64,000 nt of DNA from the human T2T-CHM13v2.0 reference genome, Homo sapiens. Under the pieces are notes generated by a model. The model was given only the letters and a program-made list of their open reading frames with translations. It was not told the DNA's origin and did no database searches. This document shows, in pieces, positions 45,849 through 60,702 of this stretch. A program made the position numbers and the translations under genes. The stretch lies in the NCBI RefSeq assembly GCF_009914755.1, contig NC_060939.1, one strand, 5' to 3'. Position 1 is the first letter of the stretch. Each line of letters begins with the position of its first letter.

Positions 45849-46504
45849 TTTATATATAAAGGTCAGATTTAAATACAAGAGGAAAGGGTACTGGCACCAA
45901 CCTAACTCATGGCAAAAAAAAAAAAAAAAAAAAAAAAGAGATACCAGGGAAACACCAGGCCAGACTACTGCACTGCTATTAAAGATGCTGCCAACTTGAA
46001 ATGAAAAGCAATATGATTTGATGGTACTATTTCTGGCTCAGGCTAAGATAACAGTACCCACCAGCAAGTATCCAAAAGAAAAAGTGTAAAGCACAAAGAT
46101 ACAGAAGTCTGAATCACTGTTTTTTAGTATCCCTTCCCAAAAAAGGGAAGAGAAATCACTATCAAAGGATCCTAAATTCTGCCAACTCGTGACATTGTAT
46201 ACTACCAGTGTGCAAACTAATACAAGGAAATAAGATAGCAAACAAGCTAAAGAGTTCTCTCTTTAACCAACAAATTAAACAGGGGAGAAGAGATGATCAC
46301 ATACATACTAATATCCGATTATTCACCTGTAAGTTCTTAAAAAGTGATAATACCAGAATGTGAAGCGTGATGAACCATTAGAAATACTTTAAACTCTTAG
46401 CCTATAAACTATCTCTATATCAGAATGGTCAAATTAACACCAAAGTGCAAAACTATGATCCTGTATATACCCCTATAATTGTACTTGACACGTAGCATTG
46501 AAAT

Positions 46505-46630
46505 TAACTTCCTGGGCAGTGAGATACAGGAAGGCCAGACTGTAGTTCATTCATTTTTGCACCCGCAGCATTTAGCACCAGGCTTGTCACAAAGAAGGCA
46601 TGCAGAAAATGTTCGCAAAACTGAACTAAA
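46505..46630 (+). mobile_element. L2 3' end
   Basis: cttcctgggcag...gcatttagcaccaggcttgtcacaaagaaggca. Confidence 0.55.
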
Positions 46631-47799
46631 AATCAGAATCTTCAATATGGAAATAATAGAACCACTGGTGGGATACACACTAAACAATATTCATCACAGT
46701 TGTTCACTCTGAATGGTGTGGCCAAAGTTACCTGTGTAGCTTAGATCATAACTTAGATAATGATAATCTATGTGAAAAAAGAGTAATACCTCTAATAGAA
46801 TAAAGTAAAATATAGCAAGAGAACAAAATAACTCAAATTTTGATAATATATCAAACAGCTTAACTGCTCAGAATTACAGAGGTATTAAGACCAATGCAAT
46901 TCAAGGCAATCTCTGCAGCCTTAACTGCCAGGTTATTTTCAACTCATGGCCCAAAGATTAATATGCATCATATATATGGCATTTATACATTCATCTATTC
47001 CTACATCTTCATGTCTATGCCATATGAGATATAAAGAGAGGTACAGGGGATCTAACTTTGAATAGGAAAACACAGGTTTTCTACCCTCATGGACGGTCTT
47101 CTTTACTGCTCTCATTCATCAAAAAAGATCCAGGTCTTGTTGAGGAGGCGGCGGAGTAAGATGGTCAAATAGACGCATCCACACCAATCGTCCTCCCTGC
47201 AGGAACACCAAATTGAACAACTATCCACACAAAAGAGCACCTTCATAACAAGCAAAAATCATCTGATTTTTTAACTTCATATCACTGAAAGAGGCACTGA
47301 AGAGGGTAGGAAAGACAGTGTTCAATTGCCGACACCATCCCCTCCTCCCTCCCCCATCCTGTGTGGCATGGAGAGGGAAGCTGTGCACTTGCGGGGAAAG
47401 AGAGCACACCGCTTGTGGGACTTTCCATTGGACCTCAGTGCTGCCCTGTCACAGCGGAAAGCAAGACCAGGCAGAACTCAGCTGGTGCCCACAGAGGGAG
47501 CAATTAGAGCAGCCCTAGCCAGAGGAGAATTGCCCATCCCAGCAGCTGGAACCTGAGTTCCAGAGAGCCTTGCCACCATGGGCTGAAGTGCTCTGGGGTT
47601 CTAAATAAACTTGAAAGGCAATCTAGGCCACAAGGACTGCAATTCCTGGGCAAGTCCTGGTGTGGTGCTGGGTTTGGAGCCAGTGGACTTTGGGGAGTAC
47701 ACAACCTAGTGAGACACGAGCCAGGGCGACCAAGGCAGTGCTTGAACTCCACTCCCCACACTGTCCCCCACAACCCCAGGCGGTGCAGCTTGCAGTTTG

Positions 47800-48880
47800 G
47801 GGAGAGGCTCCTTCCCTCCTTTTGAGAAGAAAGGGAAGAGTAAAGAGGACTTTGTCTTGCAACTTGGATACCAGCTCAACCACAGTAGGACAGGCCACCA
47901 AGCAGGCTCCTATTCCAGGCCCTAGTTCCTGGACCACATTTCTAGACACACTCTGAGCCAGAAGAGAACCCACTGCCTTGAAGGGAAGGACCCAGTCCTG
48001 GCAGGATGCATCATCTGCTGACTAAAGGACTCCTTGGCCCTGAATAATCAGCAGTGTTAGCTAGGCAGTACTTGCCAAGGGCCTTGGGTGAGACTTGGCT
48101 TCAGGCATGACCTAACACCTCATACATTCCCAGCTGTGGTAGCTACAAGGAGAGACTCCTTCTGCTTAAGAAAAGGAGAGGGAAGAGTAAAGGAGACTTT
48201 GTCTTACAGCTTACCAGTGCAGCCACAGTGGAATACAGCACCAAGGGGGATCTTGCAGGGTTCCCAATTTCAGGCATTGGCACTTAGATGGCATTTTCAG
48301 ATCTGCCCTGGGCCAGAGGGGAGCCCACTGCTCTGAAGGGAGAGTCCTGGGCCTGAAAGCATTCATCACAAGCTGACTGAAGGGTCCTTGGGCCTGAGTG
48401 AACATCAGCAGTAGCCAGGCAGTACTCACCACGGGCCTGGGACAATGATGGCCATGGGGACAGAATTCTCTGCTTGTGGAAAGGGAAGGGAAGAGTAGGA
48501 AGGACTTTGTCTTGTGGCTTGAATGCCAGCTCAGCCGCATTAGAATAGAGCATCAGCTAGATTCCTAAGGTTTCCAACTCCAGGCCCTGGCTCCTGGATG
48601 GCATCTCTGGACCTACCCAGGGCTAGGGAGACCTTGCCACCCTGAAGGGAAAGACACAAACCTGGCTGGCTTTGCTATCTGCTGATTGTAGAGTTCTAGT
48701 ATCTTGAGCAAACATAGGCAATAGGCAGGCAGTGGTTACCATGGGCCTTGAGTGAGAGCCGGTGCCATGCTGACCGCAGGTCTGACCCAGCACAGTCCCA
48801 GTAATGGTGGCCACAGAAGTGCTTGTGTCACCCTCCTCCACTTCCAGGCAGCTCAGCACAGAAAGAGATTCCATTTGTTT
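47800..48880 (+). repeat. About three diverged ~320-350-bp monomers in the L1 5' UTR
   Basis: gggaagagta...actttgtctt and ctgaaggga motifs recur near 47832, 48180 and 48488. Confidence 0.8.
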
Positions 48881-49304
48881 GGGAGAAGGTAAGGGAAGTG
48901 AACAAGAGTCTTGGCCTAGTAACCCAGAGACTTCTTCTGGATCTTATCCAAGACCACCAAGGCAGTACCTCTATGAGTCTGCAAAAGCCGGTGTTACTGG
49001 GCTCAAGGTGCCCTCTAATGCAGACATGGCTGCAGTAACTAAAAACCTGGATTACAACACCCAAGTCCCTTCAAATACCTAGAAAGTCTTCCCAAAAAGA
49101 AGGGGTACAAATAAGCCCAGATTGCAAAGATGACAATAAATACCTAACACTTCAATGACCAAACACCCACGGACATCCAGAAGCATCAAGACCATCCAGG
49201 AAAACATGACCTAATTAAAACAAACTGAATAAGGCACAAGGAATCAATCCTGGAGAGACAGAGATAATGTGATATTTCAAACATATAATTCAAAATAGCT
49301 GTTT

Positions 49305-49455
49305 CAAAGGATAAATGTTTGAGGGGATGGATACCCCATTCTCCATGATGTGACTATTACTCATTCTATGCCTGTATCAAAACATTTACTGTACCCCATT
49401 AATGTATATAACTCCTATGTACCCATAAAAATTAAGTTAAAAATTTAAACAAACT
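49305..49455 (+). mobile_element. Short 5'-truncated L1MA2-like 3' end inserted in ORF1 of the host L1
   Basis: ggataaatgtttgaggggatggataccccatt...cccataaaaatt; TSD aaaatagctgttt / aaaattgctattt. Confidence 0.8.
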
Positions 49456-52208
49456 AAAATTGCTATTTTTGAGGAAATGCAATAAAAATCAAGATAAAAT
49501 AGAGGATGAATTCAGAATCCTATCAGATAAATTTAACTAACAGACTAAAATAATTTAAAAGAATCAGACAGAAATACTGAAGTTGAAAAATGTAACTGAC
49601 ATACTGAAGAATGCATCAGAGTTTCTTAACAGAAGAAAGAGTCAGTAAGCTTGAAGACAAGCTCTTTGAAAATACACAATCAGAGGAGAGCAAAGAAAAA
49701 AAGAATGAAAGACAATGAGGCACACTTAAAAGATCTAGAAAATAGCCTCAAAAGACCAAATCCAAGAGTTATTGCGCTTAAAGAGGAGGCAGAGAGAGAG
49801 AGGGGCAGGGATAGAAAGTTTATTCAAAGGGATAACAGAAGACTTCCCAAACCTAGAGAAAGGTATCAATATTCAAGTACAAGAATGTTATATAACACCA
49901 AGAAGATTTAACCCATGTAAGACTACCTCAAGACATTTAATCATCAAACTTTCAAAGGTCAAGGATAAAAAAAGGATCCTAAAGCAGCAAGAGAAAGGAA
50001 ACAAATAACATACAGTGTAGCTCCAATAAGACTGGCGGGAGACTTTTCAGTGGAAACTTTACAGGCCACGAGACAAGAGGCACAACATATTTAAAGTGCT
50101 TAAGGAAAAAAAAACCTTTATCCTAGAGTAGTATATATCTAGTGAAAGTATCCTTCAAACATTAAGGAGAAATAAGGGCTTTCCCAGACAAACAAAAGTC
50201 AAACAAAAGGGATTTTATCAACAACAGACCCCTTCTATGATAAATGCTAATAGGAATTCTTCAATCTGAAAGAAAAGGACTTTAATGAGCAAAAAGAAAT
50301 AATCTAAAGGTACAAAACTCACTGCTAATAGTATATAGAAAAGCACATAATATTACAACACTGTAATTGTGGTGTTTAAAGTACTCATATCTTGAGTAGA
50401 AAGACTAAGAGATAAACCGATCAAAAATAATAACTATAACTTTTAAAAACACAGTACAATAAAATATAAACAGAAACAACAGAAAGTTAAAAAGCAGGTG
50501 GGATGATGATAAAGTGTAGAGTTTTTATTAGTTGTTTTCTTTGCTTGTTTATGCGATCAGTGTTATCACCAATTTAAAATAATGGGTTATTTAAAACCCA
50601 TTATCAAATATCTATCTATAGATAGGTAGGTAGATAGCTAGATAGATATTATATGCAAGCCTCATAGTAGCCTCAAACTAGAAAACATACAACAAATACA
50701 CAAAAAATTAAAAGCAAGTAATTAAAACATAACACCAGAGAAAAATCACCTTCACTAAAAGGAAGACAGAAAGGAAGGAAAGAAGGAAGAGACGACCACA
50801 AAACAACCAGGAAACAAATAAAAATATGGTAGAAGTAAGTTACTTACTTATCAGTAATAATATTGAAAGTAAATGAACGAAACTCTCCTATCAAAAGACA
50901 CAGAGTGGCAGAAAGGATTTAAAAAAAACCAACAAAAAAGTCCCAACTATCTGTTGCCTATAAGAAACACACTTCATCTATAAAGACACACATACTGAAA
51001 ATAAAGAAATGGAAAAAGATATTCCATGCCAATGGAAACCAAACAAGAGCAGGGGTAGCTATACTTATTTGAGACAAAATAGATTTCAAGACAAAAACTA
51101 CAGACAAATAAGGTGATTAAATAATGATGAAGGGGTCAATTCAGCAATTAGATATAACAATTGCAAATATATATGTACCCAACACTGGAGGACCCAGATA
51201 TATAAAGCAATACTAGAGCTAAAGAGCAAGCGAGCAAGCAAGCAAGAGAGAGAGAGAAAAGTAGAGTTAAAGAGAGATCTAGATCCCAAGATGATAATAG
51301 TTGGAAACTTCAGCATCCCATTTTCAGCACTGGACAGATCATCCAGACAGAAAAGAAACATCAAACTTAATCTCACTTCTGTAACAAATGGACCTAATAG
51401 ATCTTTACAGAACATTTTATCCAATGGCTGCTGCATACACATTCTTCTCCTCAGCACATGGATCATTCTCAAGGATAGGTCATATGTTAGGCCACAAAAC
51501 CATTCTTTAAAATTCAAAAAAAATGAAATTATATCAAGTATCTTATCTGACCACAATGGGATAAAACCAGAAATCAATAACAAGAGGAATTTTGTAAACT
51601 ATATAAACACAAAGAAAGTAAACAATATGCTCCTGAATGACCAGTGGGTCAATGAGGAAATCAAGAAAAAATTTAAAACTTCTTGAAACAAATGATAATA
51701 GAAACACAACATACCAAAAATCTATAGGATATAGTGAAAGCAGTACCAAAAGGAAGATTTACAGGTATAATCACCTATATAAAAACAACAGAAAAATTTC
51801 AAATCAGCAAGCTAACAATGCAACTTAAAGAACTAGAAAAGCAAGAGCAAACCAAACCCAAAATTAGTAGAAGAAATAATAAAGATCAGAGAAGAAATAA
51901 ATAAAATAGAAACAAAAAAAATCAATGAAATGAAATGTTGGTTTTTTCAAAACATAAAATTGACAAACCTTTAGGAGACTAAGAAAAAAAGAAAGAAGAC
52001 TCAAATAAATAAAATAAAAGATGAAAAAGAAGAAATTAAAACCAATACTGCAGAAATTCAAAGGATCATTAGAGGCTACTATGAGTAACCACATGTCAAT
52101 AAATTGGAAAACCTAGAAAGGACAAATTCCAACACACATACAACCTACAAAGATTGAATCATGAAGAAACCCAAAACCTGAACAGACCAATAACAAATAA
52201 TGAGATCA

Positions 52209-52568
<360 letters not shown>

Positions 52569-53570
52569 TCAGGACTCAATAGCTTCACTGCTGAATTCTA
52601 CATAATATTTAAAGAAGAACTAACACAAATGCTACTCAAACTATTCTGAAAGATAGAGGAGGAGGAATGCTTCCAAACTCATTCTATGAGGCCAGTATTA
52701 CCTTGATACCAAAACCACACAAAGACACATTTAAAAAAAAGAAAAAGCAAAGATACAGGCCAACATCTCTGATGAACATTTATGCAAAAATTCTCAACAA
52801 AATACTAGCAAACTGAATCCAATAACACATTAAAAAGACCATTCATCATGATCAAGTGGGATTTAACCTGAAGATGCAAGGATGGCTTGACATATGCAAA
52901 TCAATCAATGTGATACACCATATTAACAGAATGAAGGACAAAACCCATATGATCATTTCAATGGATGCTGAAAAAGCATTTGCTAAAATTCAACATTCCT
53001 TCATGATAAAAAAAATTCAAAAAACTAGGTACAGAAGGAACATACCTCAACACAATAAAAGCCATATATGACGGAACCGCAGCTAGTATCATACTGAATG
53101 GAGAACAACTGAAAACCTCTCCTCTAAGGTCTGGAACACACAGATGTCCACTTTCACCACTGTTATTCAAAATAATACTGGAAGTCCTAGCTAGAGCAAT
53201 CAGACAAGAGAAAGAAATAAAGAATATCCAAATTGGAAAGAAAGAAGTCAAATTATCATTGTTTGTAGATGACATGATCTTATATTTGGATAAACCTAAA
53301 GATTCCACCAAAAAACTATTATAACTAATAAATTCAGTAAAGTTGTAGGATACAAAACCAACATACAAAAAAAAGTAGCATTTCTACATGCCAACAGCAA
53401 AAAATCTGAAAAAAAAGTCAAGAAAGCAATCCCATTTACAATAGCTACAAATAAATAAAATACCTAGGAATTAACTTAACCAAAGAAGCGAAAGATCCTT
53501 ACAATGAAAACTATAAAACATTGATGAAATAAGTGGAAGAAGACACTAAAAAATGGGAAGATATACCATG

Positions 53571-53690
53571 TTCATGGATTGGAAGAATCAATATTGTTAA
53601 AATGTCCACACAACCTAAAGCAATCTATAGATTCTTCATGGACTGGAAGAATCAATATTGTTAAAATGTCCATACAACCCAAAGCAATAG
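53571..53690 (+). repeat. 64-bp tandem duplication in L1 ORF2
   Basis: ttcatggattggaagaatcaatattgttaaaatgtcca at 53571 and ttcatggactggaagaatcaatattgttaaaatgtcca at 53635. Confidence 0.9.
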
Positions 53691-55058
53691 ACAATTTAAT
53701 GTCTATCAATATACCAATGACATTCTTCATAGAAATAGAAAAAAACAATTCTAAAATTTATATGGAACCACAAAGACCCAAAATAGCCAGAGCTATGCTG
53801 AGAAAAAAAGAACATAACTGGAGGAATCACATTACCTTACTTCAAATTATACTACAATGCTATAGTAACTAAAACAGCATGGTATTAGCATTAAAAATAA
53901 ACTCACAGACCAATGGAACAAAATGGAGAACCCAAAAACAAATGCATACATCTACAGTGAACTCATTTTTAACAAAGGTGCAAGAACATACATTAGGACA
54001 GTCTCTTCAGTAAATGGTGCTGGGGAGACTGGCTATCCATAGGCAGAAGAATGAAACTAGACCCCTATCTCTCACCATACACAAAAAGTCAAATCAAAAT
54101 GAATTAGAGATTTAAATCTAAGACCTCAAACTATAAAACTACTACAAGGAAACACTGGGAAAACTCTCCAGGGCATTGGACTGGGCAAACATTTCTCGAA
54201 TAATACTCCATAAGCACAGGCAACCAAAGCAAAAGTGGACAAATGGGATCACATCAAGTTTAACAGCTTCTGCACAGCAAAGAAAACAATCAATAAAGTG
54301 AAGAGATAACCCACAGAATGGGAGAAAATATTTGCAAACTACCCATTTGACAAGTGATTAACAACCAGAATATAGAAGGAGCTCAAACAACTCTATAGGA
54401 AAAAATCTAATAATCTGATTTTAAAATGGGCAAAAGATCTCTATAGATATTTCTCAAAAGACATGCAAATGGCAAATAGATCTATGAAAAGGTGTTCAAT
54501 ATCACTGATCATCAGAGAAATGCAAAATCAATCAGATATCCTCTCACTCCAGTTAAAATGGCTTTTATCCAAAAGACAGGCAATAATAACTGCCGGCAAG
54601 AATGTGGAGAAAAGGGAACCCATGCACATTGTTTGGGGAAATGTAAATTAATTAGTACGATCACTATGGAGAAGGTTTTTGGACATTCCTCAAAAAAAAC
54701 AAAAATAGAGCTACCATATGATCCAGCAATCCCATTCTCAGGTATATACCCATAACAAAGGAAATCAGTATATCAAAGACATATCTCCACTCCCATGTTT
54801 ACTGCAGCATTATTCACAATAGCTAAGATTTGGAAGCAACCTATGTCCATCAACAGAAACGGATAAAGAAAATGTGGTACATATACACAATGGAGTACTA
54901 TACAGCCATAAAAAAGAATGAGATCTTGACATATGCAACAACATGGATGGAAATGGAGGTCATTATGTTATGTGAAATAAGCCAAGCAGAGAAGGACAAA
55001 CTTTGCATGCTCTCACTTATTTGTGGGATCTAAAAATTAAAACAATTGAACTCATGGG

Positions 55059-55105
55059 GATGAATTTATCAGGACATAATCCCATTATAAGTTGAGGAAC
55101 ATCTA
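55059..55105. mobile_element. Terminal fragment of a MER47/Tigger5-like DNA transposon
   Basis: tttatcaggacataatcccattataagttgaggaacatct resembles the MER47 terminal sequence. Confidence 0.65.
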
Positions 55106-56298
55106 TATTTAATATTGAGATAGGAGGTAGAATGTAAAACAACATATGCAATATATTAAAAATACAGACACAAAATAAAACTACATATATACACTACAGT
55201 GCTTGGAAAGATATCATAGCTGACTGCAATGATTACCTCTGGAAGGTAAATAGAAAAATATTGAAGGAAGATTTGTCTTGTTTTTCAATATATTGTTTGA
55301 ATTTTTCTGAGATATTATTCGTCTATCACTTGCTCAATTTAAAACATTTTTCTAATCTCTAAAATGAGATAAATAATCAAGATTTTGCATTTGATCCTTA
55401 CTATTTCAAACACTACATAACAATCTTGTGTATTGTTTATGTCAGAATAACTGACAAAACATTTAGAGCCAACAAAACCCAATATATACAATAAATGGCA
55501 TAAATTTAGAAATCTTAAATTTTAAAAGGGGTACATCAGAAGAAAAAACTCTTACACTTTAAAAACTCACATTCTACCCACTAGAAGTAGGCTGGATACT
55601 ACAAAAACTGCTTTCACACATACCCTGTAACTCATTTATAATAAATGTGTCTTACAGATTAATGGTTCACAATAATATCATCAAACTGCAAACTACTACC
55701 TCCAAAATAATCACCATATAAATGAGCAACTTTTCTTCTCCTTTGCTTTTGCTGTACATACTATTTCCTTTCCTGATAGATGTCTAATTTGCTGGCAATT
55801 TAAGCAGTGGTTTAATTTTAGCACTAATTAAGAATACTTTTTCTTGTTCTTTCAACATTTTCCTAGAAATGATACCCAAGGACCAGACACCATGACAGTC
55901 AATCTGCACTAGTCATAATACAATTTTTAAGAGTATAAGAAGAACAATACTCACCTAAAATCACATTTCTTTTGTTTCTTAAAAAACTCAACACAAAAAT
56001 TGTAGCTTATAGATCAATTAAATTCCCAAATCAGCTACAAACATATCTTTGTATTTTCCACAGAATGTTATTCATTAGAACTTCAATGGACATTGCCACG
56101 AAAGAACTCAAAATTAACACAGAGCATAATGTCAAATGCATGAAATGCAATTTGGTATACATTAAAGGTGCCAGTTTTACTTTCTTAGAGAGCTTTTGCT
56201 GATCTGTATTGGAATTTTAAAGTTCCAATAAAAATTATTTACAACATGATTACAAGTAGCCATTAGGTACATCTTGCTTTATTATATTTTCTATGCTA

Positions 56299-56613
<315 letters not shown>

Positions 56614-58329
56614 AGGGACCAGATTTCAATCCTCTTCCCTTGTGCCTAAGTACAACAACAAACAGTAAAATTCAGAATGGAACAGAAACAAGCAGAAGGT
56701 TTTCAGTAATAGAATTGCTTTAAAATGCATATCTAGACATCGGGGAGAAAAGGAGATCAAGGGAATAAATCAAGGGAAAAGAGGCAAGTTCCTTCTTCTC
56801 CTCTTTAAATGAGACCAATTATTTCATTCAATCAACATATCACCCATTTATTTAGCCAAATGGTCTTCAATGTCACTGCATATCTTTTAGTAATGTGCCA
56901 TATTTTCTCAATATTTAAAATATTACATGTTAAAATTATTAGTATATAATTATCATGTGAAGAAAAAGAAAAAATCAAGTTTAATCTGATTATCTTTCTG
57001 TCATCAAATAATGAAAGATATGCTCCAGTTTTGAATGAAGGTACAAAGTGGGGGCATATAATGAAAACAGAAAACTGTGCCAACTACTCCCATAGTGTAT
57101 CGTTTAGTTAATGGTTCCTAGTACACTGATAATATTCAACTGCTTTCTAAAGTTCTCATTTATTCCCAGGAAACAATAAAGCAGACTTTCATACTGCACA
57201 TGCCATTTTATATGAATCTTGCTTACTTCATTCAGGATAGATAAAAGCCATGTTGTATGAAAAAAAAAATGCCCTAACGAATGGGAAATATCTAAACTTT
57301 CAATTGCTACAGATGACTCAGTGAGTGGGCAGTTGCAGAAACTCATAGCTGAGGCCAGAAAAAGCTTATGTTTTCATGAAGATCACTTTGAAATGCAGTT
57401 CTGGGTAGACATTATTTGCTCTTGCATTATGATTTTGTTATACTTCCACTCTAAGCAATGATGAAATGTTGCATCCCATTGCAGAAGAAAAAGATGGAGT
57501 TTCTCTCATCATTATAGAAATAAGAAACCCTTTCTAAATTGGAGCCTTTTCTGGTTACTAGAACCATATTACAGGATTTAAAATACTGCTACTTTGCCTG
57601 TATCATCTTGGCCTCCAATGAGATTGTATTTGTCTCTCAAACTGCTGATTGGGTATGGTGAAAGCAGTCAAGTCTATCTCCCAATACCAACAACAAGATT
57701 TCAAATTGTTTACTCTGAAGAAAAGCAGAGACATTTAAGTGCTAAACATGTTTTAAAATAAGATAGTAACATATTTTTAGAAATATATTTATTTACAGCC
57801 AAGATATAATGAATAAAATATTACGGGTAAGTAAAAATACAACCATGATAGGCAATCTTACATATTGATTGTAAGGGTAAATAATTATTAAAGAGTTCTC
57901 ATATTCCAGTAAAGAACTTAAATAAGAAATAGTACAAATCAAGCACAGTAATAATAGCTTCCACTGGTAGCATATTTATTTAGAAAGTTCTTTCACATAT
58001 ATTCAGCCTCTGAGTCTAATATTTATTGGATGTTCATATATCATACCCTATACTAAGTTCTGGGGACATGAAGATGAATAAAACACATCCCCCTTTAGTT
58101 TCCATTCATCTCATTTGACAATCAAAACCATATTAAGAAAAAAGGGCAGGATTATCTCCATCTTACAGGAACAAAATAAAGCGTAAGATGTTAAGGAATA
58201 TTTTTCACATGACCACAAACTCAATTTAAAAAAAAGCTTATTCAATTCTATTCTATTATATCCCTAACCTTTATGCCCATGCCACATATTTATTACAATG
58301 CCACAAATTCATTTTAGAAACAGAATGAC

Positions 58330-58460
58330 TTTTTTTAATTTCCAACTTTTAGGTTCAGGGGATACATTTACAAGTTTGTTGCATGGGTAAACTGCGTGTC
58401 ACAAGGGTTTGGTACAGATTATTTTATCACTCAGGTAATGAGCATAGTACCTGGTAGTTA
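58330..58460 (-). mobile_element. L1PA15/16-like 3' end
   Basis: ttccaacttttaggttcaggggatacat...gagcatagtacc; flanked by aaacagaa. Confidence 0.75.
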
Positions 58461-58757
58461 AAAACAGAACTTTAGAATATAGAATCAATTTTACTGACCA
58501 TTCTGAGAGTTACTGCAAATAATATATCCAGTAGGCCTTTAGACAACTACAAATTTAACACTTGTGTGACATGAAGGTCCATAAATATAGAAATACCTAA
58601 TTTTATTGAGGCAAAGGTTTAACATCTTGTGAGACACCAAAGTGAGTGTTCAGGATCCATGGTGTAACTTGGCTTTGCTGTTTTCTTCTCATACACCTCT
58701 CCAGAATACCTGCAAAGTGATATTTTATTGCATCTTCTGGGGGGAAATTCCATGTTC

Positions 58758-59055
58758 TAGGACTGTGCTAATACTAGCCACCTGTGGCTACGAAGCATCT
58801 GAAATGCAGCCAGTCTGAAGTGAAATGTGCTTTAAGTGGAAAATATACATTGGATTTGGAAGACAGAAAAAATAGAATGTAAAATATCTCAATAATTGAT
58901 TATATTGATGGCATGTTGCAATATACAATTTATACTAGAATAAAATATATCATTAAAATTAATTTCACCTGCTTTTTTGTACTTTTTTAAATGTGGCTAC
59001 TAGAAAATTTGAAACTACATATGTGGTTTGCACTATTTCTATTGGACAGCACTGC
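58758..59055. mobile_element. MER33 (hAT-Charlie)
   Basis: ctagccacctgtggcta...ttaaaattaatttcacctg...tttctattggacagcactg. Confidence 0.8.
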
Positions 59056-59426
59056 TTTAAGATATACCCAAGAGATTTGAGACATATTCTTCGAGACTAT
59101 AAAGAGTCTGCTGTACTAATATATTTGGAGAATGATCATAGGAGAAGTAGGAGGTAGGATTTATTAATGATAAAGTCTATGATACATTATCAGAAAAAAA
59201 GAGCAGGTTATCAGATTATTAAAGGTACTGCTGCTTCAATATGTATTCAACTTATCGAATGTAACTTAGCAATATGAAAAAAAGAAAAATGCCAATTCCT
59301 GCAGTGAACATAAATCTGCTCTCTCCTCAATCAGTCTCAGCTCCTGTATGCCTTTCACAGTGTGACCACTTTACTGCATTCATTATAACTGATACATAAA
59401 CTACATCCCTATTATATGTAGTATAA

Positions 59427-59735
<309 letters not shown>

Positions 59736-60261
59736 GAGGTCAACTAGATATTATAAGATGTATATATACACAAAAAGGCTGAGGAGAAGGGCATTACATT
59801 ATTAGCACTAGTTATCTCTGGATGGTAGCATGACAGATTTTCTCCTTTTTACTTATTCTACATTTTCCAACTTTTCTACAACAAAAATGAACTATATTCC
59901 TATCATAAAAGCTATTAATTTTTAAAAGATGTGTGGTATAATATGTAATATCAAACTCCACTTGAGATCTTTAGCCAAAAAGGACAGAAAAAATTAGAGG
60001 GAAATCGTTGCATATAGCAGGAGTCAGTCTCCTAGTAAGACAGCAAGCCCATAAAAATCCAGACGCTGAAGGCCCATAGAAGATAAGAGAAGATCAGCAT
60101 TCGCATCTTAATAAAGCCCTGCCACTGCCTTTTACAAAAGAATACAAAACATATCCATTCCTAGGGACAAGATTTTTTGCTACACAACTGACAACTACAA
60201 GTTGCATTTATGAGATTCAAATTTTATTTATATATATTTAATTTTAAAATATGTGAATAAG

Positions 60262-60350
60262 ATCTAAGTCAATAATTAAGGAATTCAGAGGTCTAACTCC
60301 CTAAAAATCTAAGTCAATAATTAAGGAATTCAGAGGTCTAACTCCCTAAA
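60262..60350 (+). repeat. Perfect 45-bp-period tandem duplication
   Basis: atctaagtcaataattaaggaattcagaggtctaactccctaaa occurs twice (60262, 60307) with no mismatch. Confidence 0.97.
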
Positions 60351-60702
60351 TTAGAAACCATTGTATCTACAAATTATTTCTATGCTGCTTATGGTGTGAT
60401 TTACATATTCACTGATAATATTTCACAAGCTGCGTTTGTATGGGAAGAGATATATAAGACACCATTTAAATTTGCTGTTATGCTGCATAGAAGAAAATAG
60501 ATTTTTATAGGTTTTTTGTCTTTCTCATCACTCTTAGATTATAATACATTCCTCACTGAATCTGGAAACGAACGAGCTCTTTTAACTTCAGGAACAATAG
60601 CTGAATTAAGACCCAGCAGTTTACCTGAAGTCTTTAGTTTTGAGGTTTAGCAGTATGGATGTAGCCAGATTCCAAAAGGCAAATAAATGAAAAACAGCCT
60701 AG

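Noticed and set aside
47800-48880. Regularly spaced repeats that might suggest a CRISPR-like array
   Set aside because: Long diverged monomers of the L1 5' UTR; no short identical repeats with unique spacers and no cas genes
56207-56230. 24-bp quasi-palindrome tattggaattttaaagttccaata
   Set aside because: Too short and AT-rich for a miRNA or other structured RNA call
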